From: Desulfobacteraceae bacterium RAAP-1
GTDB lineage: Bacteria; Desulfobacterota; Desulfobacteria; Desulfobacterales; Desulfatirhabdiaceae
Assembly: GCA_001443525.1 (NCBI GenBank)
Contig: LKPX01000006.1
Span: 47 to 64,046 of the forward strand
Length of the DNA: 64,000 bases
Direction: 5' to 3'
The position numbers were made by a program, and so were the translations under genes. Shown piece after piece: positions 1 to 8,897 of the stretch (positions within the stretch are counted from its first letter, which is position 1; each line of letters starts with the position of its first letter). Below the pieces are notes generated by a model. The model was given only the letters and a program-made list of their open reading frames with translations. It searched no databases and had not been told where the DNA came from.

Positions 1-161
1 TTCGGCAATCCCGGCATATATGTCAATAAAATCAAGATACTTGTCAAACACCATCGGCGCAACTCCCCGTATTCCCGCAACGCCTCAGGCAATAACCAGG
101 TTAATGCCTCGCGGGGAAAATCCAAAAATACATTCTTGAAATTGTGATCATGCGACTGCAT
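1..161 (-). CDS. Possible partial N-terminus of an Rpn/YhgA-like (Transposase_31, PD-(D/E)xK) protein, running off the left edge
   Basis: My own minus-strand translation from the ATG at 159-161 gives MQSHDHNFKNVFLDFPREALTWLLPEALREYGEL... The HDxxFKxxF...LPxxLR pattern resembles the conserved N-terminus of RpnA/YhgA-family proteins. It is too short in-window for the ORF track. Residues after about 35 look atypical, so it may be frameshifted or a false call. Confidence 0.25.
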   Translation of the reverse strand, partial: MQSHDHNFKNVFLDFPREALTWLLPEALREYGELRRWCLTSILILLTYMPGLP

Positions 162-386
162 GGCCAAATCCTTCGATCATAGAAAGCATAAACGCTGGCA
201 TCTCCTTCGCTTATTCCCGGATAGACGACCACACCAGAAAGCATTTTGATAACCCATCAACTGTCCTTCAGGGGCGATTTTCTCCAGAGGGCCGACTTTG
301 AGATCACAATATCCATCTTCCACAGGTCCGCAGAATAATCTAAGCCGCCAATTGAGTTTATATGATGCAAAAATTCAAATTTAGAC

Positions 387-402
387 TTTTTACGAAGCCG
401 TC
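387..402. repeat. Solo end fragment (TTTTACGAAGCCGTC) of the GACGGCTTCGTAAAA palindromic element family
   Basis: Exact reverse complement of the 15-nt terminal repeat seen at 18665, 21789, 30153 and 56463. Confidence 0.6.
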
Positions 403-450
403 TAATTTAACGCGTTATTTTGCGTTATCTCTCCATTTACAATTCGGACT

Positions 451-2352
451 TCAACCACCTGCCTTTTGCTGCTGAAGTTGAAGCTCTTTCTGGTGAATTG
501 CGGCATCCATCGCTGCCAGCGTCTCTTTTTTCCCTTGAAACCAGTTACTGACGTTCTGTGCATAAAAACTTCTGATATCCCGCGCATAGCTTGGTCCCAC
601 CAGAATATAAAATTGGAATAAATTATTCAAAATCAAAGGGTTACTCAAATCTGAAAACCGTTTAGTACCCACTTCGGCAGTCAACGCTGCAGGGGGAAGA
701 CTTGGAATGACAGATTTATTGATCAGTACAGCCGCACATTTATCAAAATAAATCAGTTTCCAGTCCGGTGATTTCAGAAACCAGAAAATAACATCGCTTC
801 TCCACATTCCGATCAAGGCGATTTTGAACGGATATTTGGTTGTCAGATATTTAAAGTTGGCTTCATTTAAATTCCCCGTAACTGTCAGCCAGTCCGGAAG
901 CACTTCTTTGATATAGGGACCAGATCTGGGGTCAATCCAGACCTTGTATTCCGGATACATGGTCCACATCATATAGCCGCCCAGCAGATAATCGTTAAAA
1001 ACAGGCCCCGGCAGGTGATATCGCTTAATGAATTGCACTTCTTTTTTGGGGAAATAATCATCGAAATGATACCCCAGCCATGTAGCATATGGCATGGTGA
1101 TCACCATCAGATAAAGACTATACACGGCTGCAAACGCAAATATTCCCATAAAAAATGGTGTCAGCTTGCGTTTAATATCCCATAAATCAGCCTCTGCCAT
1201 CAGCGTATAAATACTGTAACACCAGACAACCGGGAAAAACAGCGTAGCGCGAGCCGCTTTCATGCTGAGATAAAAAAAAGCGATATTGAGAAGCAGCACG
1301 GGGATGTTGAGGCGACGTGTCCTGTGAATCGCTATCAGGCTGAAGATCACAAGCAGTACCCCCATGAACACTATAACATCCGCTGCATTGACAAAGTTAT
1401 AATTCTGCATGTGAAATCCGATATAATTCCACATGCTCAGTACTGACACATTGGCTTTGCTGACAGGATCCCGCTCCGTCAACCAGACCTTAATAATGGA
1501 AATCGGATACCGGATACCGTCCGGATTGATTATTGTGACCGCAAACGACACAAGGATGCTTGTTCCAAAGGGTATCAAAACGTTTTTGAGTTTGTCATAA
1601 TTTTTATAGATGATCGCTGCAATCAATTCACCTGTAAAAGCAACACTCAAAAATGCCAATCCCACCATAAACTCTCCGTGAATATTGACCCAGAGAAGGA
1701 ATATAACGGGATACAGAAAAAAACGTCCTGTTTTATAATTCTGTTGTCGAGTGGAATTGAAGTAGAGAAAAACCGTTACGGAAAACAGCAACGTGCTTAT
1801 CATCTGGGGCTTGAGATAAACCTGGGTGAGCTTCAAAACTATGGCGGTCAGCATCAAGCTCATAATACGGAATAAATCCAGCCGGTCGTGCAGTAATCGG
1901 GCATACTGGGCAATCATCAGGAGTACGGCAATCAGTATCAACCACTGCATGACGCACAGCCCGCTGATGCCCCCCAGTTCATAGACAAGATACATCGCTG
2001 AACTTCCCAGCCAGGTGCCGTAAATCCAGTCCGTTACATCCACCGGTGTCCATGAAAACTGCGACTGATCGATGTGCCATGTCAGATGGGTGACATATTG
2101 TTTGCCATATGCCAGATGAAACCAGATATCATTATCATCTCCATAATTCGGAAAAATAGCTATGACAGTTATCACCAATAAAATAAGTGATATCCATATC
2201 GCCCAATTATTTTCGGAGATATCCCGGAACTGATTTATCAGAAACTCCATAAAGGATGGATATTGATGAACGACCACCCTGGTGTTACGGGAAATTCTTT
2301 TAAGATTATTGTCTGGATTTTTGGATATTTTTGTCGCCACGTCGATAATCAT
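451..2352 (-). CDS. Polytopic membrane protein, GT-C-fold glycosyltransferase-like (ArnT/PMT/STT3-type architecture)
   Basis: 633-aa ORF with many hydrophobic segments. An acidic GDDND motif lies directly after the first TM (WISLILLVITVIAIFPNYGDDNDIWFHL), the position of the catalytic acidic motif in GT-C enzymes. It has a soluble C-terminal region. The family call is pattern-based only. Confidence 0.45.
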   Translation of the reverse strand: MIIDVATKISKNPDNNLKRISRNTRVVVHQYPSFMEFLINQFRDISENNWAIWISLILLVITVIAIFPNYGDDNDIWFHLAYGKQYVTHLTWHIDQSQFSWTPVDVTDWIYGTWLGSSAMYLVYELGGISGLCVMQWLILIAVLLMIAQYARLLHDRLDLFRIMSLMLTAIVLKLTQVYLKPQMISTLLFSVTVFLYFNSTRQQNYKTGRFFLYPVIFLLWVNIHGEFMVGLAFLSVAFTGELIAAIIYKNYDKLKNVLIPFGTSILVSFAVTIINPDGIRYPISIIKVWLTERDPVSKANVSVLSMWNYIGFHMQNYNFVNAADVIVFMGVLLVIFSLIAIHRTRRLNIPVLLLNIAFFYLSMKAARATLFFPVVWCYSIYTLMAEADLWDIKRKLTPFFMGIFAFAAVYSLYLMVITMPYATWLGYHFDDYFPKKEVQFIKRYHLPGPVFNDYLLGGYMMWTMYPEYKVWIDPRSGPYIKEVLPDWLTVTGNLNEANFKYLTTKYPFKIALIGMWRSDVIFWFLKSPDWKLIYFDKCAAVLINKSVIPSLPPAALTAEVGTKRFSDLSNPLILNNLFQFYILVGPSYARDIRSFYAQNVSNWFQGKKETLAAMDAAIHQKELQLQQQKAGG

Positions 2353-2422
2353 CCCGGCAGTTGGTTCTTACATTTTTCAGGTTCAAACAGCCTGTAATCG
2401 CGCATCATATACGTTATTCCAT

Positions 2423-2462
2423 AAAAAAGGGGGAGGACAACCCTGCTCCCCCCCCCTTTTTT
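2423..2462 (-). terminator. Rho-independent terminator downstream of the 2500-3954 gene (symmetric, possibly bidirectional)
   Basis: A6, then GGGGGAG (2429-2435), a 10-nt loop, CTCCCCC (2446-2452), CCC and T7. On the minus strand the GC stem is followed by a T-run. Confidence 0.6.
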
Positions 2463-2499
2463 CCTATAGATTCACTACAGTACTATATGAGCATGTTCA

Positions 2500-3954
2500 T
2501 TACTGCATCAAATAAGTACTGCCTGCTGCTTTATACAGCGGCATCTGCCGGTCGTTTGCTGATGACCTCTTGAAGAAGGAAACACCATTGACCATGCTTG
2601 GCGGCGCGGTGATGGTGAATCGTGCGGCATAAGAAGTGCCGTACGCAAGTCCAGCAGCCGTACCAATTGTTGAACCCCAATACATACCTGCTTCATTAGG
2701 TGGAATTGTGCCCAATGAGAGGGTTTGAGATGCTGATCCATCTGCCGGGAACACTTCCACGGACACGCTGGCGGTTTGTGTTGAGTTGTTATAAAAGCGG
2801 TTGAAAATGTCAACCGTCTGATCGGCGGTACCCACATACATATACGGGTTAAACGCCTGATATGCATTAACATTCCAAGTCTGGAAGGTTTGGTTGGACT
2901 GACCGGCAGGAGCGATGCCTGTCGAACTTGCGGCATAAGAATACGATCCAGTGATGGTTCTCGCATCCAAAGCAGTATTGCCGGAAACCTGAATGCAAAT
3001 CGTTGAATTTATTGAACCAGCAGATGTCAAATTTGCAGCGAAAACAGCAGTCGGGCTCAAAGAAACCGTACCGGACGGAGCATTGTTTGCAGCAATAACA
3101 GTCCCTGTACAGTCAGCATTGTTGGTTGTAAAAATCTTGGATACGCCTTTCCAGCTCGCACTATCCGTCAGGCTGACAGACTGGGTAAAATTAGCACTTG
3201 CAGGAACATTTACAGATGTTATAGCAACATCAATTTTGTTAAGGCTCGCCGCTATTAAATTACCCGAACCGTTACCCGTCACAAACTTTTTTCCGTCTGA
3301 GGAACCATTGGTATTGTTCAGATAATCGATTGTAATCAGATCGGCCGCACTCAATGTGGACGTAAATTCTTTAACAACCTGCACCGCATTGGCTGCCGCC
3401 GAGGAGTCTATCACAATACCACCTGAACTCCACACAGCACCTGAAATCGTATAACTGCCAACGGAAGTATTTGCAGGAACATTAAGGACCACATTTGGAG
3501 ATAAGCCACTGCATGCAACGCTGCTCAAATATACCAGGCTGTTGGCAGTAACGTTGGCAGTCGCCTGAATATTAAAATCAGTGGCGCCCGCAGTCGGAAC
3601 TCCATATCCGACATTAATTGCGTTGCTCTTTTTACTATCCGTAGAATTTGTACACAGGTACAGCGTTTCAGCCGCAGGAAAATTTATCCCGCCGCCCAAC
3701 GTAATATGAAATAAGTTGCCATTGGTCAAATTCTGCCCCAACAAATAGCTGACAGGAACATTGGCAGCATCAACAGCATCAGTGGCAGTAGATGAGAGCG
3801 TAACATTCGCGGCAGCTCCCAAACCCTCATAAGCCACCGTAATCGGCATATTCGTAACCCCTCCGTAAGATACAACGGTCTGCCCGGCCAACGCCGGAGC
3901 AGCCATCAGCCCCAAAACACAAAATACAGCTAAAACCATTTTGATCTGCTTCAT
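2500..3954 (-). CDS. Secreted S/T/N/A/G-rich protein of unknown family (candidate cargo / surface glycoprotein)
   Basis: Sec-type signal peptide MKQIKMVLAVFCVLGLMAAPALA/GQ. AGGAGG lies 5 nt upstream of the ATG (3960-3965, minus). I count 14 N-x-S/T sequons. There is no prepilin motif and I recognise no family. Confidence 0.8.
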   Translation of the reverse strand: MKQIKMVLAVFCVLGLMAAPALAGQTVVSYGGVTNMPITVAYEGLGAAANVTLSSTATDAVDAANVPVSYLLGQNLTNGNLFHITLGGGINFPAAETLYLCTNSTDSKKSNAINVGYGVPTAGATDFNIQATANVTANSLVYLSSVACSGLSPNVVLNVPANTSVGSYTISGAVWSSGGIVIDSSAAANAVQVVKEFTSTLSAADLITIDYLNNTNGSSDGKKFVTGNGSGNLIAASLNKIDVAITSVNVPASANFTQSVSLTDSASWKGVSKIFTTNNADCTGTVIAANNAPSGTVSLSPTAVFAANLTSAGSINSTICIQVSGNTALDARTITGSYSYAASSTGIAPAGQSNQTFQTWNVNAYQAFNPYMYVGTADQTVDIFNRFYNNSTQTASVSVEVFPADGSASQTLSLGTIPPNEAGMYWGSTIGTAAGLAYGTSYAARFTITAPPSMVNGVSFFKRSSANDRQMPLYKAAGSTYLMQ

Positions 3955-4213
3955 TTTTTCCTCCTGAATTGGTTATCATTTTAACTAAATATAATGATGA
4001 ATCACAGCCATCCTGAACCTGTAAACCTATCACCTCCCTTGCAATATGATTATTCGGTTAAAAAACATTGGCCGCACAGAGGCTTGTTCTGTTTTTATAA
4101 CAATATCCCCAAAAGTCAAGCCAATTTTCTTTTATTAGACTATGGTTTCATGGTTTGGCTTATCATACTTTACCACAGCAATCAATACAAAAAAGAGGTG
4201 ATTTTCCTGAAGA

Positions 4214-6016
4214 CTACCGCCTGGCCAAAATCTCCGCTGCTTTACGCAAATATTTTTGTTCTTCCGCCTTATCGCCACTGGCAGCATAAAACCGGCTGGC
4301 AACCACCTCATACCGCAAATATTCCGGCGCGCGCGCCACCTGACTTTCAACAGCTTTCTTGGCCATTTCAAAAAACGCATGCCGAATATCCGGCGGGACA
4401 GAAGACGCATTCATTTTCGGCGCCACATCAACAAGCCGCTCCACAACCTCTTCGCGTCCCAGTGAAAGATTGTGTGAAAGCGCCTGTTCAAAATCAGACA
4501 ACGCTCCCAGCGGATTACCGGCTGCCACAGCACGCTGTGCATCTATTAAAGACCAGCCTGTTTGAAAGGCCGTCCAGTTGAACGCATAAAGAAAAAATGC
4601 AAGCCCGACTACAACAGCCGTATCAAAAGCCCCCGCATCTCTGACACTTGCCTCTTTCATATCCGTCTGAATGTGCTGCCGCCCCCCTGTGGATTTAAAG
4701 TGAATAAACCCCAGAACCAACATGAAATACGTATAGCTTACCACCGTGTCAAATGTAAAGAGATTATGGAAAAAATATACAGCCAGAAGCCCTGAAAAGA
4801 GTGCTTTCTCAGTATGCGACACGTTGGATATTTTCCTCCAGAGCAGCCACAGCGACGCCGCAAAAAGCGACAAATATGCCAGCAACCCCAGAATGCCGCC
4901 TGAAACAAGCCAGTCGAGAATGATGTTATGGGCACGGTCCGCCCACCCGTTTGTAAAATGCAAATCATAATGGGCGCTGAATGCATCATTAAATCCCTCC
5001 TGCCCCCACCCCAACACCGGATGATCTGCAATAGCCCGCAGCGCTATGGGCCAAATAAACTGACGTCCATCATCATTGGACCAGGATATGTTGGCAAAAC
5101 GCGACAGCACGGGGCTGTTTTTGACAACCGCCGTATTCCTGAAAGCTATAAAAACAGCCGCCACAACCCCTGCTGTTACAAACACATATGGCGATATTTT
5201 CTTTTTCCATGATCTTTGACGGCCTGTCATGTCCATGAGTGCGAGAAACAGCAAAAATCCGCCCCAAAATCCCAGTATCGCCCCACGCGTCGCTGTGCAA
5301 TAAAGCACAACCATGTTAAGCACCATGGCAATAACAGACAGCAAACGGTGTAAGACATTGCCCTTTCGCACGCACAGCAGCATAGCAAAAAAAATATTGA
5401 AAATGAGATAAATGGCAAGATATGCCGAATTGTCGAAGGTAGCATCAATACGGCCGTAGATTTGCGGCTCCCTGATCAGACCAAACCGCTGAAGCGCCGG
5501 ATAGTGCATCATCACAAGCTGAAAACCGCCGCAGAGCGACATCAAAACACTGGCGCTCACCGAACATATCCAATACCGTTCCCAGAGCCTTTCGGAAAAC
5601 AGCGTACCGGCTATCAGAAAATAAAAAAACAGATGCAAAAGGGTGATATACCCCTCCATCCTTTCAAAATTCGACCAGAAGCTTTTCCAGGGATTGACAC
5701 CACAGATATCGGCAATCCCAATCACCACCAGAAACCCAATAAAAGCCCAGAGCAGTATCGACCGCCTCGGCCTTGCCGACACATCGCGTACAGTCAGCAA
5801 CAGCCACGCCGCGAATCCGATCTCAATCACAATTCTGAAAAAAAAATTCTTTCCGGTTACAAAAGGAAACGGCAACGAATTTGTAACAATAAACGGTGCT
5901 ATCAGGGTGGCAAAGATTGCGGATACGGCAATCCATCGAAGCACCTTGTCAAAGGTCACACCGGAAAACCGCGGCTGCATGGAAACAGCATTTACATGCG
6001 GCTGCGGTTTTTTCAT
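4214..6016 (-). CDS. O-antigen ligase / Wzy_C-type polytopic protein with a C-terminal soluble helical (TPR-like) domain; possible O-oligosaccharyltransferase
   Basis: 600 aa and many TMs. The motifs DNSAYLAIYL, CTATRGAILGF and HPVLGWGQEGF resemble O-antigen ligase/PglL-type proteins. Its ATG overlaps the secretin stop (ATGA at 6013-6016). Confidence 0.6.
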   Translation of the reverse strand: MKKPQPHVNAVSMQPRFSGVTFDKVLRWIAVSAIFATLIAPFIVTNSLPFPFVTGKNFFFRIVIEIGFAAWLLLTVRDVSARPRRSILLWAFIGFLVVIGIADICGVNPWKSFWSNFERMEGYITLLHLFFYFLIAGTLFSERLWERYWICSVSASVLMSLCGGFQLVMMHYPALQRFGLIREPQIYGRIDATFDNSAYLAIYLIFNIFFAMLLCVRKGNVLHRLLSVIAMVLNMVVLYCTATRGAILGFWGGFLLFLALMDMTGRQRSWKKKISPYVFVTAGVVAAVFIAFRNTAVVKNSPVLSRFANISWSNDDGRQFIWPIALRAIADHPVLGWGQEGFNDAFSAHYDLHFTNGWADRAHNIILDWLVSGGILGLLAYLSLFAASLWLLWRKISNVSHTEKALFSGLLAVYFFHNLFTFDTVVSYTYFMLVLGFIHFKSTGGRQHIQTDMKEASVRDAGAFDTAVVVGLAFFLYAFNWTAFQTGWSLIDAQRAVAAGNPLGALSDFEQALSHNLSLGREEVVERLVDVAPKMNASSVPPDIRHAFFEMAKKAVESQVARAPEYLRYEVVASRFYAASGDKAEEQKYLRKAAEILARR

Positions 6017-8220
6017 TTTGCGTCCTCCACCGTAATCGCCTCAAAATTCCGCATGATCGCCGAACGCATATCCTCGATCTGCTCCGGACTGCGGATAATG
6101 CGCGGGGTGATCATGACAACCAGCTCCGTCCGGTTTGTCGTTTTGGCGGTGCTTCTGAAGAGATTCCCCAGAATCGGAATATCGCCCAGCCACGGAATCT
6201 TTGTGACACCGTCCGTATTGTTCTCCTTGATCAATCCTCCCAGCATCACCGTCTGCCCATCGGCGGCCACCACTTCCGTGGTCAGATTGCGGTTTGAAAT
6301 CATCGGGGAATCAATGCCGGAGGTGGTATTGGGCGTGGCGTCACTGACGCCCTGCGTCAACTGCAGGGTCAGAACCCCCCGGGAATGCACCGTCGGTGTA
6401 ACATTGAGGGTGATACCGGTTGTCATATACTGATATGAGCGCACCAGTCCGGTCGTCGTGGTGGTGGTCGTGGCGGTGGCCACATCACCGGTCACCACCG
6501 GTACCTGGGTGCCGACCACGATGCTGGCGGATTTTCCGTCCCGAACCGTGATGCGCGGGCTGGAGAGTATTTTAAGCTTGCTGTCCGTCGCCAGCGCACT
6601 GATCATCAAACTGAATGACTTGGAGGAATTCAGCACCGAATAATCAAGGCCGCCTCCAAAATTTTTGGTTGAACCGTTCAGTATGTTCAATGTGCCGGTC
6701 AGATCTCCCCCGTGCTCGATGTACCATTCCAGCCCGTACTTGAGATTGCCCGACAGCGTCACCTCCGCCACCGTCGCCTCCAGCAGCACCTGGGCAGGCA
6801 TCACATCGATCTGTTTGAGCAGCGACTCGATGATTCTATAATACACCGGCGTGGTGTAAATAACCAGGGCGTTGCGATTGTCATCCACCGTCACCGAAAC
6901 GTGATCCACAATACCGGCCATATTGGACGAAATGGCGCTGCTCCCGGTTCCGGAGTTGGCGGACGTTGCGTCGGAAGTCTTTTCAGCAGATGTGGACGGC
7001 AAAACAGTGGTCTGCCCCATTTGCAGCCCCTGCGCTGTTTTGACGGCTGACTTTGTGTTTTTTCCCGAAGAGGTGTCCGCCTTGGTTTTGGGAGTAGAAA
7101 TCCCCATAATGTTCTGGAGGGTTTCACACAAATCCTTCGCCCGGCTGTTTTCGGGGAAATAGATAAAAAACCGATTATCCACCTTGTCTTCCGGAATATC
7201 CAGCGTTTTAATCCAGTATGTCAGACGATTCAGCCATTCTTTCTGGGCGGAAAACGCCAGAAGGATCCGCCACCTGTCAATCGGAATCAGCCGCAGCCCC
7301 CCGTCTGCTCCGCCTGCCACCGGAATGCCTTCCTGTGTCAGAATTTCTTTAAGCTTTGGCACCAGCTCTTTGGTATCCCAGTATGCTACTTTGAACATAA
7401 CTCCATATTTGCCGCGCATGGCCGGCCGGTCCATCGCACCGATAAGCTGCAGCGCCTGCAGCACACTTTCCCGCGCGCCCTGAACCACCAGAACATTTTC
7501 GTTCTGCATGGCATACACCGTCAACCCCGGCGTGTTCAAGAGCATCTGCACCAGTGTGCCGGCCATGGCATATCGAATCGGCACGAGCTGACGAATCTGC
7601 CCCGAAGTATCCGGAACATCCGTATAAGCGGAACCGATACCGATTTCAACACCTTGCTGCGGTGTGCCGGGTACAATATAATATACGCCGCCTTTTTCCC
7701 GGATAACCGTATTGTACCCGGCCAGAATATCCGACACAATGCCATAGAGTTTCTGCTTGGTCACCCGGTCTTTCAGATTGAGACTCAACTTCTCCTGGCC
7801 CGGCACCTTGCTGTCCAGCACATAATTGACGTTCAGCAGATCATTAAATACATAATGTATGAAATCTGACAGTTGAATAGTATCCACCGACACCGTCACT
7901 TCTTCGGTCGGGCTGAAACGGTTTTTTAAATCCGGCAGCTTTCTGATGCCCGAATTGTCGGAAATCGGCGGAATCAGCGTCGTGTGGGTTCCCGCCTCCG
8001 GGAGATTCGCCCCCTGCAACCCCGATAGGGGGCCGGACGGCGTCCCGGTCACTTCTTCTTCGGCCTTAACCGGCTTGTTATAGACATCCAGCTTGATTTT
8101 TTCCTTCGGCGGTATGGCGCAGGAAACGGTTATCAATACCAAACTCAACAGCATCGGAAGCCGGGCAGCCCCCCATGCCAATTTCAACGCACTTACAGCA
8201 CGATACATCGCTTTTGTCAT
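6013..8220 (-). CDS. gspD: Secretin (GspD/PilQ family outer-membrane channel)
   Basis: The C-terminal secretin domain is unmistakable: ILSSPRITVRDGKSASIVVGTQVPVVTG...ITLNVTPTV...NRNLTTEVVAADGQTVMLGGLI...IPWLGDIPILGNLFRS...ELVVMITPRII. The N-terminal signal ends in VSC, a possible lipobox. Confidence 0.92.
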   Translation of the reverse strand: MTKAMYRAVSALKLAWGAARLPMLLSLVLITVSCAIPPKEKIKLDVYNKPVKAEEEVTGTPSGPLSGLQGANLPEAGTHTTLIPPISDNSGIRKLPDLKNRFSPTEEVTVSVDTIQLSDFIHYVFNDLLNVNYVLDSKVPGQEKLSLNLKDRVTKQKLYGIVSDILAGYNTVIREKGGVYYIVPGTPQQGVEIGIGSAYTDVPDTSGQIRQLVPIRYAMAGTLVQMLLNTPGLTVYAMQNENVLVVQGARESVLQALQLIGAMDRPAMRGKYGVMFKVAYWDTKELVPKLKEILTQEGIPVAGGADGGLRLIPIDRWRILLAFSAQKEWLNRLTYWIKTLDIPEDKVDNRFFIYFPENSRAKDLCETLQNIMGISTPKTKADTSSGKNTKSAVKTAQGLQMGQTTVLPSTSAEKTSDATSANSGTGSSAISSNMAGIVDHVSVTVDDNRNALVIYTTPVYYRIIESLLKQIDVMPAQVLLEATVAEVTLSGNLKYGLEWYIEHGGDLTGTLNILNGSTKNFGGGLDYSVLNSSKSFSLMISALATDSKLKILSSPRITVRDGKSASIVVGTQVPVVTGDVATATTTTTTTGLVRSYQYMTTGITLNVTPTVHSRGVLTLQLTQGVSDATPNTTSGIDSPMISNRNLTTEVVAADGQTVMLGGLIKENNTDGVTKIPWLGDIPILGNLFRSTAKTTNRTELVVMITPRIIRSPEQIEDMRSAIMRNFEAITVEDAK

Positions 8221-8297
8221 TTATCGCTCATTTTAGCAACAGATTGCCATATCAATATGTTATTTCGCCATACCCTGCGGCGGGGTAAAAAATGGAA

Positions 8298-8882
8298 TCA
8301 CAACAGCGCAAAACTTTTCAGCACATCCGCCAGTTTACGATCCTGCTGCGCCAACTGCCGCAGGGCCTCCATCAGATGATGAAGCTTCTGACGATTGTCG
8401 CCCAGTTCCACCTCGATCTCCCGAACCTTGACCTCAAACGGCCGAATCATCGTTCGCCGGTCCCATATCGCAAACCCTATCATCACGGCGACAATGCCGG
8501 CAAATGCGCTCACAATACCGATCATCAGATTAATGATCTGGTCAAACCGCTGGTCGATACTCTGAAACCGCTGATCCAGGGCTTGAAACCGCTGATCCAG
8601 AGTCTGAAACCGTTGGTCAATGCTCTGAAACCGCTGATCTACATTTTGAAACCGCTGATCTACGTCCTGAAACCGCTTGTCAATTGCCTGAAAGCCGGCC
8701 CGAATCTCCTCACGAAGAGCCTTCAAACCTTCTTCCAGGCGCGTCAACCGCTCGATAATCTCCCGATCCGTCAACGGCCTGGCGTGCTCATATGCCAGAG
8801 CATATTCAGGAACCAGCATCTGAAATGCCATAAAAAAAACAACACCGGCCAGAAAGAAGCTTCGCATCATATCCTCCTGCAT
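8298..8882 (-). CDS. Signal-peptide plus single-TM coiled-coil protein with seven perfect-phase heptads (FQxxDQR)
   Basis: N-terminal signal MRSFFLAGVVFFMAFQMLVPEYALA. Repeats run FQAIDKR FQDVDQR FQNVDQR FQSIDQR FQTLDQR FQALDQR FQSIDQR, followed by the TM segment IINLMIGIVSAFAGIVAVMIGFAIW and a C-terminal helical tail. It is co-directional with its neighbours. The opposite strand is also open (8292-8885), but its product looks non-protein-like. Confidence 0.6.
   Translation of the reverse strand: MQEDMMRSFFLAGVVFFMAFQMLVPEYALAYEHARPLTDREIIERLTRLEEGLKALREEIRAGFQAIDKRFQDVDQRFQNVDQRFQSIDQRFQTLDQRFQALDQRFQSIDQRFDQIINLMIGIVSAFAGIVAVMIGFAIWDRRTMIRPFEVKVREIEVELGDNRQKLHHLMEALRQLAQQDRKLADVLKSFALL
8547..8693 (-). 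repeat. 7 x 21-bp in-frame tandem repeat (unit about CTGAAACCGCTGATCCAGGGC on the plus strand)
   Basis: Read directly from the sequence. Each unit encodes one FQxxDQR heptad on the minus strand. Confidence 0.9.
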
Positions 8883-8897
8883 TAATCAGCGGACTTT

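Noticed and set aside
4069-4084. TGGCCG-N7-GC with correct sigma54-like spacing in the 260-bp region upstream of the secreted-protein gene
   Set aside because: It is on the plus strand and points away from the minus-strand gene, with no plus-strand gene downstream.
5462-6433. 323-aa plus-strand ORF antisense to the ligase-like and secretin genes
   Set aside because: It spans the junction of two well-supported minus-strand genes and has an R/P/H-rich low-complexity composition.
8292-8885. 197-aa plus-strand ORF exactly antiparallel to the heptad-repeat gene (encodes LKPLIxx repeats)
   Set aside because: It stays open only because the 21-bp repeat lacks stops in that frame. The product has no signal, TM or coiled-coil logic, and it opposes the orientation of the whole operon. 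The minus-strand product has a signal peptide, heptads and a TM. This remains formally untested.
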